A program made the translations under genes and the position numbers. The notes under the pieces are model-generated. The model was not told where the DNA came from. It did no database searches and saw only the letters and a list, made by a program, of their open reading frames with translations. Shown piece by piece: positions 27,275 to 36,719 of a DNA stretch of 42,792 bases. Position 1 is the stretch's first letter, and each line of letters starts with the position of its first letter. The stretch is from a virus (lineage: Duplodnaviria > Caudoviricetes), in the IMG/VR virus record IMGVR_UViG_3300030372_001680, positions 1-42,792 of that record; one strand, given 5' to 3'.

Positions 27275-27803
27275 TATCTAAATCTCCTTTGTGCATAAAA
27301 AACTGATAAAAAGGACGTTTTTCTACACCAAACTTTTCTAACGGAGCTTCTGCAAAAGTAAACCCTATCCATTTTAACCAACGAATATGTTTTTTATTTC
27401 TGCAATCTACTACGTTGAAGAGAATCTCATAGTTTTCCATGAGTTTGTCCACCCAAAACTTTGAGTTCCGAATGAAAGACACTCTTGCTGCTTTAAACAT
27501 ATCTTCAGATCCTAGTAACCAAATCATACCTGATGTTGCATTAGCTGTAGTAACTCCAAAAGAAGCATATATTTCTTTTCCGTCTAAACTCGTTACAGAA
27601 TACGTTTTAGCCGAGTCCCTAATGGAAGCTTCCAAAACAATTTCTGGAGACAATCCTAAGAGAGCTTTAATTTCTGCTTTATCCGCTTTCCTCAAATGAG
27701 GTGCTAAAATTTTTGCATCAGAAACTCTGGCTTTCCTTATTAGGACATTCTCGTAAATCCATTTATCCCGCTCTTTGCGAACGTGCGTAGTACAAGGCTT
27801 CAT
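27267..27803 (-). CDS. gp13-like internal virion / GNAT-fold protein
   Basis: LRKADKAEI, IWLLGS, LFNVVDCRNKKHIRWLKWIGFTF. Confidence 0.8.
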   Translation of the reverse strand: MKPCTTHVRKERDKWIYENVLIRKARVSDAKILAPHLRKADKAEIKALLGLSPEIVLEASIRDSAKTYSVTSLDGKEIYASFGVTTANATSGMIWLLGSEDMFKAARVSFIRNSKFWVDKLMENYEILFNVVDCRNKKHIRWLKWIGFTFAEAPLEKFGVEKRPFYQFFMHKGDLDND

Positions 27804-30384
27804 ATTCTACAGTTAAAAAACTACTCGGAAACGGCGTGTCGTTTATCAATTTAATCGAAGTTGTTTCTCCCTTCGATTGTACTGGAAATTTAAAAGTCCC
27901 GTCTGCAACTGTAGGTGCTGCACCCACTACAAATGATCCTGATTTTCTAGAATCAAATACATGAGTACGGGTACTCCTTCCTTCTGGGGTTACTTCTATT
28001 TTAAAAGACACCGAGTTATCGAAAGTAAGAGTACCGTTTCTTATCTGGTATCTACCGGAAGCTACTGAACCTGATCCTCCTCCTTCGGATTGCTCTTTAA
28101 GTGTAGGTTTACTAAGGGTAAAACTTGAGGTGTACTTCTCACCTATAAAAAACTTACGAGTTTGAAGGTCTCCCTCAACAACTAGAGTAGATCCCGATTG
28201 CTGATGTACTTTGAATACAACTCCTCCGTTTTCAACTCCGCTAACCGCTCGGCTGACGACTTGCATTGTACCGGACGCAGAAAATGGTAACGTAATCGTT
28301 GTCCTTCCAGTGTCAGAGTCAAAGGAAAGTGCCACTCCGCTGGTTGCCTCTGTAATTCTTCGGTCAAGACGCACGGTAAAATCAGAGTCACTGTCGGATT
28401 CTCCAAGTCTGAACGACACTCTTTCCACAAATAATCCATCGTTTCTTTTGACAGAAACGTAGAGGTCTTTCCCGATAAAGTCTGCTGACCGAACAGTGGC
28501 GTCTGATCCGAAATCAAACTTTGACCACGAGGCTTGTACTTTTTTATTTCCACTGGAGTAGTAGGCGTAAACATATACGCCTGTTGTATAACTACTAGAA
28601 GTTACTACTAAAAGTGGATCATTGGAATTAGAAGATATTCTAGTGATATTGCCGTCAATATATTTAGGCACATGGGCTGTAACATCTGAGCCTTCCATTT
28701 GCTCAGTTTCAGGGGAGATATAATACTCCATTATTCCGCTGTAGCTCCCCCTAGCAAAAGGAAAATAAACATTTTTACCTGATACTACAGGTACAGTGTT
28801 TGTATCTGAATCGTACTCTGTTTCTTGGCTAATACTAATAGTGTCAGGACTAAGAACGTCACCTCCAGTAAGCATAAACTGAGTTCGATCACTAAACAGA
28901 ATTAGATTTCTGTTAAAAGGTATTGCTGAATGTAAGTTCGATACTTGATTGTGGCTTGCTCGGACATCTAGAGGATCTGACCCTAGAATTGAAGTTAAAG
29001 TAGTACGGTAAAAATTAAAGTATTCCCCTGCTTCGGATAGACTTACGTTTTCTCCGCTTAGAAACCCAAGCCGATCTCTAAATAAAACAATGCCTTTAAT
29101 TTTTGCTCCAACAAATGACGGAGCTGGGGATGATAAAGAATCTCCAGCATCTCGGTCTGCCCAAGTAGCTCTATCTAAAGTAAAGGAACCGTCAGCATTT
29201 CTTACTAATGTATGAGGCATTGTAGAAGAATCTAAACTATAGGGAACTCCGGTTCCTACAGATTCTGCCCAAGTGCCTCCTCCAAAAGGAGCGTTAGAAA
29301 TATCTTTCGCAGTAAATTTTACATAGTAATCATCAGCATTAGAATCTACATCGCCAATTACTTTAACTATCCTGCCATGACGGCAGTAAGCAGGTAAAGA
29401 AGTGAACCCATCGGCTTCTTCTTTTACAACTCCCATAGCTGTATTGCCGAGTCCGTCTTTAACGGATACTGCAAAAGCTGTGGAGTTAGATAACTCTAAA
29501 GTAGAGCCTACTCTAGTAACTGTAAGACCTGTTTCTGATCCATTGTCTATTTCAGTTTTTAACCGATTAGCAATATATTCTGTATCTATTTGAGGGCGTT
29601 CAGTAGCATCGTCACCATCATTAGTAGTATGAGTATATTCTGTTCCGTTATAAATAACAGTATATTTAGTTCCATAGTCTCCCTGTTTTATGTAAACGTA
29701 AGCTCGATGATCTGGGTTAGTGTATGTAGCAGAATCTTCTGCCACAGTTACAGTATTATTAACAATAAAAGTATAGTCAGCTATTGTTGTAGTTTCAAAT
29801 ACAATACTAGGAGTATCGTTGATTAAATAATCACACCCATTTGTAGTAGTAACTGTAGCTGAAGTTCCGTTTAATAGATCAATTACAGAAATAGGATCAA
29901 GACTGACGTTCTGAGTTCCCGTTCCAGCGTCACTTATGGTAACAGCAGAACCTCCGCTGGTCGTAGCTACTTGAAAGGTGTTTGTAGCGGGGTTTATAAC
30001 ATAGTACCGATCAGTCTGATTTAAACTGCCGAGGTCAGACCCGTGGAATCTAACCTCATCCCCCGCTACAAACGGATGGGAAGTGCAGTTAATCAGATCA
30101 CCCGAGGTATCCAAAGTAACCGTTTTCTTTTCGGAAGAACGCACGGCTACAGAATAGTTTTCCGTAGAATCTCTATTTATAACGTGTGAGTAAGTGTCCG
30201 ATGTGCCTGAATTGGTATCAAACTGCTTGGCAATATGAACAGAAGGGTTCCTTTTAAGCAGTCCATCAACAGGAGATGAATGCATATTAATTTGCTCATC
30301 TCCCTGACTAGGGTAACGCTGAGTATCTGCTTGCTGGGATACTCCGTTAAGTAGGTTCTGTATTTTAGAAGTTATTAAGGGCAT
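27763..30384 (-). CDS. Tail tubular protein B (gp12-like)
   Basis: NLLNGVSQQ, TMPHTLVR, PSFVG, FRDRLGFLSGENV, QASWSK. Confidence 0.93.
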   Translation of the reverse strand: MPLITSKIQNLLNGVSQQADTQRYPSQGDEQINMHSSPVDGLLKRNPSVHIAKQFDTNSGTSDTYSHVINRDSTENYSVAVRSSEKKTVTLDTSGDLINCTSHPFVAGDEVRFHGSDLGSLNQTDRYYVINPATNTFQVATTSGGSAVTISDAGTGTQNVSLDPISVIDLLNGTSATVTTTNGCDYLINDTPSIVFETTTIADYTFIVNNTVTVAEDSATYTNPDHRAYVYIKQGDYGTKYTVIYNGTEYTHTTNDGDDATERPQIDTEYIANRLKTEIDNGSETGLTVTRVGSTLELSNSTAFAVSVKDGLGNTAMGVVKEEADGFTSLPAYCRHGRIVKVIGDVDSNADDYYVKFTAKDISNAPFGGGTWAESVGTGVPYSLDSSTMPHTLVRNADGSFTLDRATWADRDAGDSLSSPAPSFVGAKIKGIVLFRDRLGFLSGENVSLSEAGEYFNFYRTTLTSILGSDPLDVRASHNQVSNLHSAIPFNRNLILFSDRTQFMLTGGDVLSPDTISISQETEYDSDTNTVPVVSGKNVYFPFARGSYSGIMEYYISPETEQMEGSDVTAHVPKYIDGNITRISSNSNDPLLVVTSSSYTTGVYVYAYYSSGNKKVQASWSKFDFGSDATVRSADFIGKDLYVSVKRNDGLFVERVSFRLGESDSDSDFTVRLDRRITEATSGVALSFDSDTGRTTITLPFSASGTMQVVSRAVSGVENGGVVFKVHQQSGSTLVVEGDLQTRKFFIGEKYTSSFTLSKPTLKEQSEGGGSGSVASGRYQIRNGTLTFDNSVSFKIEVTPEGRSTRTHVFDSRKSGSFVVGAAPTVADGTFKFPVQSKGETTSIKLINDTPFPSSFLTVEYEALYYARSQRAG

Positions 30385-30980
30385 TAGGTGTATCTCCGAT
30401 AGGACATTACGGTAGCCGCTGGAAGATAAGAGTCAAATACTGAGGCATCCTCAGTGTTAGAATCAAATTCTCTTAAGGAAGCTAGTGCTGCCATCTCTTC
30501 TCTAATGCCTATCTGAGTTAAACCTTCGGCCCCTACTTGCCTATCTTGGAGGACTCTAGCTGCTCGCAAGTTAATGTATCTTCGGGCAGGTTCGGGTAAA
30601 GTATCCCAATCTAAAAGAGTTACAGTTTCCCCTTTTAATTCTTCATCAAATTCGTAGGTGTGGTCAGACCTGTTGTAGAGTTTCTGTCCCTTAAGAACCA
30701 CATCAACATTTGGATAACGAGATACGCTAACATCGACACGCACAACGGTATCAGAAAAAACAATATTATTGCTACCGTCAGGAGTAAAAGTGACATCATA
30801 TTCTGTATTAAAGTGCCAACCTTGGGATTGTACTTCTCGGCTTATTTCGTCCAAAACTTTCTCAGCCATTGGAGCGTCTCCGACACCAGTAGCTTCTTCC
30901 AAGGAAGCTAAGGGAGCTTCGCCGATAAACCCCAGCATTGTGTTAACTGCTTCTAGTTTTGTAGTTTTACCAAGAGCCAT
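30384..30980 (-). CDS. Tail tubular protein A (gp11-like)
   Basis: TKLEAVNTMLGFIGEAP, VQSQGWHFN, LPEPARRYI. Confidence 0.93.
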   Translation of the reverse strand: MALGKTTKLEAVNTMLGFIGEAPLASLEEATGVGDAPMAEKVLDEISREVQSQGWHFNTEYDVTFTPDGSNNIVFSDTVVRVDVSVSRYPNVDVVLKGQKLYNRSDHTYEFDEELKGETVTLLDWDTLPEPARRYINLRAARVLQDRQVGAEGLTQIGIREEMAALASLREFDSNTEDASVFDSYLPAATVMSYRRYT

Positions 30981-31018
30981 AATTTATACTGCATATAACC
31001 AGACGGATCAAATTACAA

Positions 31019-31053
31019 CAAAAAAAGAGAGGAGTCCACTAGGGACTCCCCTC
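31019..31053 (-). terminator. Terminator after major capsid gene (T-phi equivalent)
   Basis: GAGGGGAGTCC-CTAGT-GGACTCCTCTC followed by a T run. Confidence 0.9.
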
Positions 31054-31074
31054 ATTGATTTTTATGAACAATTT

Positions 31075-32127
31075 TTAGTCGTTCATCAGTACCACGCCGC
31101 ACTCAGGACGCAGACCGCCGTGGCCCATAGCGTACTTAGCGACCATCAACGTACCTTGGCGTTGGATCTGGTACTCACTCTCGGTGGCGAGGTCTTGCAA
31201 CTTCACCGTACCGACTGCGGATTTATGGAACACAAGGCCCATAATATTAGCACCGAACTCAGCATGGTAATCTTGAGCTGGCCCAGTTTCTTCAGTGATA
31301 TTGCCAGAAGGCAGGTGGTTAGTTTTAATAACCGTAATACCTGCGACCTTCAGCACGGAACCTTCGGCATACGAACCACGACCATCCCAATCACGATTGA
31401 TTGCGAGGGCAGCACCACCACTGGTCTCGGCTTGCACCAAGTTGTAGTAGCGTTGTGGGTTCACCAGCACACAACGATCCGACTGAGGAACATCCTTCTC
31501 ATCGAGAAGTTGAGCCGCAGCATAGATCGCTTTAGCGAGGCGAGTACCGTTGGTGTCCATGTCAGCGGAACCGTTACCAAGATAACGAACATCATCGGTA
31601 TCAGTACCAGCAGTAGCACTAACCACGCTGCCGTTTTTGTTACCAGTAATGGTAGCAGAAGCAGCAGTAGCAGCACCGCCGCTGAAGCTAGCAGCGTTAA
31701 GCAGAGCCGTCTGGATTACCTGACGGTCAAACTTGTTAGCCAGCGCACGGCCCAATTCACCGGAGTAAATCGAACGAACATCGTAGTGGTTACGCAGCTC
31801 ATCGAGGTTAGCGATAAACGTCGAAGCCACAAGCAGTTCGTCGATGTGAATAAGTTTCTCAGCGTGTTTGATCTGCTGAATGCCGCCGGGATTGGAAGCA
31901 TTAATAAGATCATTCCCAACAACGTGGTAGCCAGCGGTTGCTGTACCAGTGACGGGGAACTGAGCGGATTTACCATTGTTAATGGTACGAATAGTGTGGA
32001 GGGGTTTCATCACATTCGTTTCTTCGAATGTCGTGAGAACCTCCCCAGCGAATTTCTTCAGGAAGATAGCCTTTACATCACCAGAGGTGTTGATTTGGCC
32101 CAACCTTGACGGAGTAGCATCTGCCAT
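31075..32127 (-). CDS. Major capsid protein (gp10-like)
   Basis: IFLKKFAGEVLTTF, RTINNGKSAQFP, YDVRSIYS, KYAMGHGGLRPE. Confidence 0.97.
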   Translation of the reverse strand: MADATPSRLGQINTSGDVKAIFLKKFAGEVLTTFEETNVMKPLHTIRTINNGKSAQFPVTGTATAGYHVVGNDLINASNPGGIQQIKHAEKLIHIDELLVASTFIANLDELRNHYDVRSIYSGELGRALANKFDRQVIQTALLNAASFSGGAATAASATITGNKNGSVVSATAGTDTDDVRYLGNGSADMDTNGTRLAKAIYAAAQLLDEKDVPQSDRCVLVNPQRYYNLVQAETSGGAALAINRDWDGRGSYAEGSVLKVAGITVIKTNHLPSGNITEETGPAQDYHAEFGANIMGLVFHKSAVGTVKLQDLATESEYQIQRQGTLMVAKYAMGHGGLRPECGVVLMND

Positions 32128-32292
32128 CGTTAGAACTTTCTTCTAAGGGTTATTAATATAATTAGGTTTCACACAACCTCGTCGTATTCGATTGCAATTA
32201 GTTGTCCCGCCGTAGCTAGGGCTAACTCCTATCGCCATACCACACAGTTGGCTTAATCAAAATAAAGTCCATGTTATGTAAATCGTCAACAT

Positions 32293-32327
32293 AAAAAAGA
32301 AGGGCTCAGTATAGACTGAACCCTCCT
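32293..32327 (-). terminator. Intrinsic terminator between scaffold and capsid genes
   Basis: GGAGGGTTCAGT-CTAT-ACTGAGCCCTTC then TTTTTT; the wobbles fit the minus strand. Confidence 0.8.
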
Positions 32328-32383
32328 TAGTACTATGAACGACTAACTATTATGACTATCTGTCAGGCTACACTGACAAGCCA
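32293..32383 (-). ncRNA. Candidate 3'UTR-derived antisense sRNA (hairpin + seed + terminator)
   Basis: 5' hairpin TGTCAG-TGTAGC-CTGACA, then CATAATAGTTAGTCGTT (complement of the SSB start region), then the terminator. Confidence 0.5.
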
Positions 32384-33136
32384 TTAGATAACACCTTCAC
32401 GAGTATTGGCAAGCTTCCTTTCAACTCGCTCTCTAAAAGCAGGGTCTTCCTTGTACTCAGGTTTTCTCATGTCAGCAATCATTTCTGCTTTAGAAGAGTA
32501 ACCTCCTACAGTTGCTTTGCCAGTGCCGCTTACTAACGTAGGATTGTTCTGACTGTACTTAGCTTGCAGTCCCATTAAAGCCAGCTTAATAGATTGAGTG
32601 CTGCCTTCTTTAATGACGTTGTTGTAGGCATTCATGTCCTCGTCATTAAGATGTTCTCCAGCCCATTCCATTATGGATCTATAATTTTCTTCTCCTCCTA
32701 CGGAAGAAAAAACATCTAAAGCTTGGGCATCGGCTTTAGCTGCCTGACCTTCAATAAATAGATCAACGAGTTCTTTAGAGAAGTTAAACTTTTCGCTTAA
32801 CTCGTTGTAACTTTCTTCAGTTAAGCTGCCATTTTCAGCGTACTCTCCTGAGTATTTTTCAAATGCATCTGAACCGATGATGTTCTTAACATTCTCTCCT
32901 TGGTCATCGGCATTTGTTTCGGCTGATGTTTCCTCTGATTCGGAAGGTGTTTCCTCGGCAGAGCCGCTTCCCATTTTCTTCTGCAACTCATTGTAAGCTT
33001 GTTGCAAAGCTTCTGGTGACTCGAACTTTTCGTCAAGCCATTCGGGTCGAGAAGAATCAGGTTGTTGTTGGGGTTCTGGAGCGTCGGCTCCTGCGGTGTC
33101 GCCAGCAAAGGCGAATGTAGTTTGTTCTGATGCCAT
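32384..33136 (-). CDS. Capsid assembly scaffold (gp9-like)
   Basis: Acidic; RPEWLDEKF, VGGEENY, C-terminal YSSKAEMIADMRKPEYKEDPAFR. Confidence 0.9.
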   Translation of the reverse strand: MASEQTTFAFAGDTAGADAPEPQQQPDSSRPEWLDEKFESPEALQQAYNELQKKMGSGSAEETPSESEETSAETNADDQGENVKNIIGSDAFEKYSGEYAENGSLTEESYNELSEKFNFSKELVDLFIEGQAAKADAQALDVFSSVGGEENYRSIMEWAGEHLNDEDMNAYNNVIKEGSTQSIKLALMGLQAKYSQNNPTLVSGTGKATVGGYSSKAEMIADMRKPEYKEDPAFRERVERKLANTREGVI

Positions 33137-33142
33137 ATAGTT

Positions 33143-34714
33143 TTACTGTGGTGGTTGAGGCATAGCTTCAGGATTTTTCATTGCTTCTTTAGCAATGCCT
33201 CCAGCAGCAGTAATTCCCGAAGGAAGTCCTTGCTGAATCATAGCCTGTTGCTGTGCCATTTGTTGTTCTTCTTGGATTTGTTCTTCGGTTCTAATCAAAC
33301 CTTCAGTATCAATTCCAATAGAAGTAGCTCGTCGTTGTAAGTACTCAGACATATCTACATACGTTGGGAACTCCTGACCTAGTAGTTCAGAAGCACCAGC
33401 AATAAACATATCCAGTTTGTTTAAATCATGTCCTCTTCCTAAAGCTTCGAGTCCTGTTACAATAGCAGGTTTAACAATCTTCTTAGGAAGCTTTGGAAGT
33501 CGCCGTTGTTTAGTCATTTTGTCCATGACACGGTTGACTAAAGGCAACTGAAACTCTTGAGAAAGAATAGAATAAACACCGCCAAGAACATCTTCTAGTT
33601 CTTGAGCCATGAATCTAATCTCTTCCGCTGTGACTCGTTCAGCGTTCCGTTGAATCGAGGTGTTCATTAGGAATGCAAAGCCGAGCCTTTCTTTAATCAT
33701 CCCGATGACATCGTAGGCTACTTTAAAGTCAGCAAACTTTTGCACTTGAAGGGCTTGAACATCTTCAGCATTACCCTGAACGATAGCACCGTTACTTGAT
33801 TTAGCTATAGTGTTGATGCGGGTTGACCCATTAGGGTTAACTAAGAACAACACTTTAGCAGCAGCAGCAGAACCCTCTACGATAGCACGGGTTAAACTTT
33901 CTAAGCTCCGAAGGTCGCCTAAGTATTCTTCAATGAATCCTCGGCCATAGTGTTCGCCATCAATACGACTAAATCTCAGAGGTATAAATGGGTTTTTGTT
34001 TTTAGAATATACTCCCTTAGAGGAGGGAATTTCTACGCTGTTGATCTCTTGGCAAACGTGCCATTTGTTTTCATTAAGGTAGACACAAGTATAGAGATCT
34101 AAAGCTTCGGTTTGATTCTTAGTGTAACCTTCAGAATCTTCGTTACCTACAACCAGTTCTTTGGTAGCGGGATCAAGTACATCAGGGGTTACGCTCTCTT
34201 TGGTAGCAAGTGCTACTAAGTTTCCAGATGGATCACGTTTACAAACAAAAGAATCTAAAGAAAAGACACGGGCTTCTCCTTTGTCTGGCACATAAAGCAA
34301 AGCGTTGCCGCTTACAATCAGATGCTTTAAGGCTTCGAACACAGTTACCCGTAGGTTTCCTGTCTCAAACTCAGCCTGAACAGCACGTTCTACTTGACCA
34401 AGAGACTGCTCAATGTCTGCCTGTATCTCCTCGATAGGTACACCTTGATTCTTGATCGAGAAGTAATCGACTTTGAATCTAAAGAACGGAGCATTGGGAG
34501 GCAGCAAAGCAAGCAACAGTTTGCTTGAAAGATTGTTTACACCCCTAGCACCCATCCCCTGAAAGGGGGTAGGGTAAGTAGTAGAAGAAGTATTACCTTC
34601 AGGCGGAACTAGGTAAGGCAAGGTAAGTTCAGCAGCTTCCCTTGCTCTATCTAAAAACAATCTTCGATCGTCGCTACACTGATCGTAGAAACCTCTGATG
34701 TTATCTATGTACAT
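33143..34714 (-). CDS. Portal / head-tail connector (gp8-like)
   Basis: GARGVNNLSSKL, YGRGFIEEYLGDL, ERVTAEEIR, TGLEALGRG. Confidence 0.97.
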   Translation of the reverse strand: MYIDNIRGFYDQCSDDRRLFLDRAREAAELTLPYLVPPEGNTSSTTYPTPFQGMGARGVNNLSSKLLLALLPPNAPFFRFKVDYFSIKNQGVPIEEIQADIEQSLGQVERAVQAEFETGNLRVTVFEALKHLIVSGNALLYVPDKGEARVFSLDSFVCKRDPSGNLVALATKESVTPDVLDPATKELVVGNEDSEGYTKNQTEALDLYTCVYLNENKWHVCQEINSVEIPSSKGVYSKNKNPFIPLRFSRIDGEHYGRGFIEEYLGDLRSLESLTRAIVEGSAAAAKVLFLVNPNGSTRINTIAKSSNGAIVQGNAEDVQALQVQKFADFKVAYDVIGMIKERLGFAFLMNTSIQRNAERVTAEEIRFMAQELEDVLGGVYSILSQEFQLPLVNRVMDKMTKQRRLPKLPKKIVKPAIVTGLEALGRGHDLNKLDMFIAGASELLGQEFPTYVDMSEYLQRRATSIGIDTEGLIRTEEQIQEEQQMAQQQAMIQQGLPSGITAAGGIAKEAMKNPEAMPQPPQ

Positions 34715-34716
34715 CG

Positions 34717-34935
34717 TTAATAATTAACTCCAGTTCCAGAAGATTGAGTAGACACTCCTGATGTACGGCGGATTACCATGCCTTGACGGGCGGAACCTCG
34801 TCGCCGCTTTCGGCCTTCCCGATCTTTAGGACGAGCCTTTGTCTCAAGGCGAGACACAGTTACCGGAGTAGGCGCAGGGGGTGGGGGCGGGGGTGCTGTT
34901 GTATTATTAGATCCTCCTCCTCCTCCGATACACAT
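34717..34935 (-). CDS. Small virion assembly protein (gp7.3-like position)
   Basis: MCIGGG start, Pro-rich then basic, immediately upstream of the portal. Confidence 0.65.
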   Translation of the reverse strand: MCIGGGGGSNNTTAPPPPPPAPTPVTVSRLETKARPKDREGRKRRRGSARQGMVIRRTSGVSTQSSGTGVNY

Positions 34936-34937
34936 AG

Positions 34938-35138
34938 CTATTCCTTTACGTTAAAAATGTTGTTGTTTTGTTCTTCACGAACGTCTTTTAACAGTCTTAC
35001 TACCGAAACTTGTCCTTGTAAACGACAAATATCACTCAAAGTCTCCTTATCAAGGGGCATTTTGTCAGGAAACCGTAGTTCTAGTGCGCTTATTAGCTCC
35101 TCACTTACCAAAGGAAAGTCCTGAAACTCATGCGTCAT
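34938..35138 (-). CDS. Conserved hypothetical protein of T7-like phages
   Basis: LISALELRFP...GQVSVVRLL motif; syntenic position. Confidence 0.7.
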   Translation of the reverse strand: MTHEFQDFPLVSEELISALELRFPDKMPLDKETLSDICRLQGQVSVVRLLKDVREEQNNNIFNVKE

Positions 35139-35667
35139 CTTTAATTTCTCCTATAATTAAAGGCCATTGTATTTCCAGAGACTTTTCCCCATCGTTAGTT
35201 AGCAGGTAGTCTGGAAGGATGTCATCGAGTTCTGTTTCAGACTCATGCATATGGTGTTTGCCTATTCTGAATGTTTTAGGCGGCTTCACTTTAACAATTT
35301 TACCCTTTAGATTCCTGACATACTCTGCCTCATTGTGGAATCTTACATCAGTAAACACTATTACATCAGCCTGTTCTGACAGGAACTTAACTTGAAGTTC
35401 AATTTTTTTAATCCAGTAATCAGGATCTACACTTCTACGATATTCTGTTCCCCACCTTTGAAGCTCCTCTCTAAAAGAACTCTTCTTAGATTCAAGTTCT
35501 TCAACGTCGATGTTAGATGCTTCGGCGTATTCTTTTTTAACTTCATCTCCGAAGGCAACTCGCACTACTACTTCAGGTTTAAGCAAGTCTTTGAGTACTT
35601 CAAATGCTGTGTCTTTACCTGACCCTGCTTTACCTACCAAACCTACTACTTTTGTGGTGGATTCCAT
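35128..35667 (-). CDS. Deoxynucleoside monophosphate kinase-like P-loop kinase
   Basis: GKAGSGKDT, RxxLQRWGTE, DVRFHNEA, HESET. Confidence 0.85.
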   Translation of the reverse strand: MESTTKVVGLVGKAGSGKDTAFEVLKDLLKPEVVVRVAFGDEVKKEYAEASNIDVEELESKKSSFREELQRWGTEYRRSVDPDYWIKKIELQVKFLSEQADVIVFTDVRFHNEAEYVRNLKGKIVKVKPPKTFRIGKHHMHESETELDDILPDYLLTNDGEKSLEIQWPLIIGEIKDDA

Positions 35668-36416
35668 AGCTTTACCTCCTTGGTTTGAAAGTCATAGTCA
35701 TCGCTTCTAAGTATGTATGCCATACGAGCTTGAGTAAGGATGGCTTTAGACGATGTGACCCCTGACTTGTTAAAGGTTTCTTTGACTGCATCCCAAGTGT
35801 GACCAAAGGACTGCCTGTTGACTAGCTTGCCTAGAATTTTTTCAGCAGTCTTAGGCCCAATTTTAGGACACCCGCCATAGTTATCTGTACTGTCTCCGGT
35901 AAGAGTTTGGATCATATGATTATAGAAAGCAGCACCTTCGTTTATAGTAATGATACCTTCGTCAGCTTTGTCAGGATTAAACAATCTACAAGGAACAGTT
36001 TTAAAATCCTTATCAACACTAACTACGATCCTGTCGTAAGCATCTTTAACTGTCGCTTCAATGCCGATGTAATCGTCAGCTTCTAACCTGTCCTCACACA
36101 AAGCACCCCATTCTTTTTTCATATGATCCCTCAAGGCAGGGAGAATCATAGGCTTACGGACAGATTTCCTGTTAGCTTTATACTCAGGGTAAAGTTCTTT
36201 CCTGAAATTCTTAGGAGAAGAAAGATACACAGATACTTTCGAGGCGATAAGCTCGTCTTGAAGCATCTCAATAAAATTATCTACCTGAATTTTTCCTTCT
36301 TTAGCATCAGCGTGTAGAGTCCACTGGTCGTCTCCCCAATGAACAGGTTCTTCGCAAGACGCTGCAACTTTGTAAGCAATGATGTCTCCATCAATTAATA
36401 GGTGTCGTTTAGTCAT
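35646..36416 (-). CDS. 5'-3' exonuclease (gp6-like)
   Basis: LLIDGD, YKANR, LEADD, DKD, GDSTDNYGGCPKIG. Confidence 0.93.
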   Translation of the reverse strand: MTKRHLLIDGDIIAYKVAASCEEPVHWGDDQWTLHADAKEGKIQVDNFIEMLQDELIASKVSVYLSSPKNFRKELYPEYKANRKSVRKPMILPALRDHMKKEWGALCEDRLEADDYIGIEATVKDAYDRIVVSVDKDFKTVPCRLFNPDKADEGIITINEGAAFYNHMIQTLTGDSTDNYGGCPKIGPKTAEKILGKLVNRQSFGHTWDAVKETFNKSGVTSSKAILTQARMAYILRSDDYDFQTKEVKLWNPPQK

Positions 36417-36718
36417 AGTATTTTTTGTTTACCTACGAACAATTCGTAGCGTGTTTTCAGTACAGGGTTGTTAAAGGTATAGTCGTCCCATTTTTTAAGG
36501 GCATAAACTATAGTGTCGTAATTTTTATTAAACACTTTGGCTATTAGATTTACACTGTACCCTTTGTTGTGGAGGTACTGATACAACATAGCTCTAGCGT
36601 CTACTGCATCCTGCAATCTTGTAGGAGACTTCAGTAATCTCGTGCTGATACCGAAGATGTACGCAGCATCCGCAATCATCTTGTGTAAGTGAGGTATCTT
36701 TATATCTTTTTTATCCAT
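36413..36718 (-). CDS. Stand-alone DnaA C-terminal (domain IV)-like helix-turn-helix protein
   Basis: LKSPTR...VDARAMLYQYL...SVNLIAKVFNKNYDTIVYALKK parallels DnaA domain IV; likely start MDKKDIK. Confidence 0.7.
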   Translation of the reverse strand: MDKKDIKIPHLHKMIADAAYIFGISTRLLKSPTRLQDAVDARAMLYQYLHNKGYSVNLIAKVFNKNYDTIVYALKKWDDYTFNNPVLKTRYELFVGKQKIL

Positions 36719-36719
36719 G

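Noticed and set aside
30769-32109. 446-aa plus-strand ORF opposite the capsid gene
   Set aside because: Antisense shadow expected from the codon bias of a highly expressed gene; no protein-like motif.
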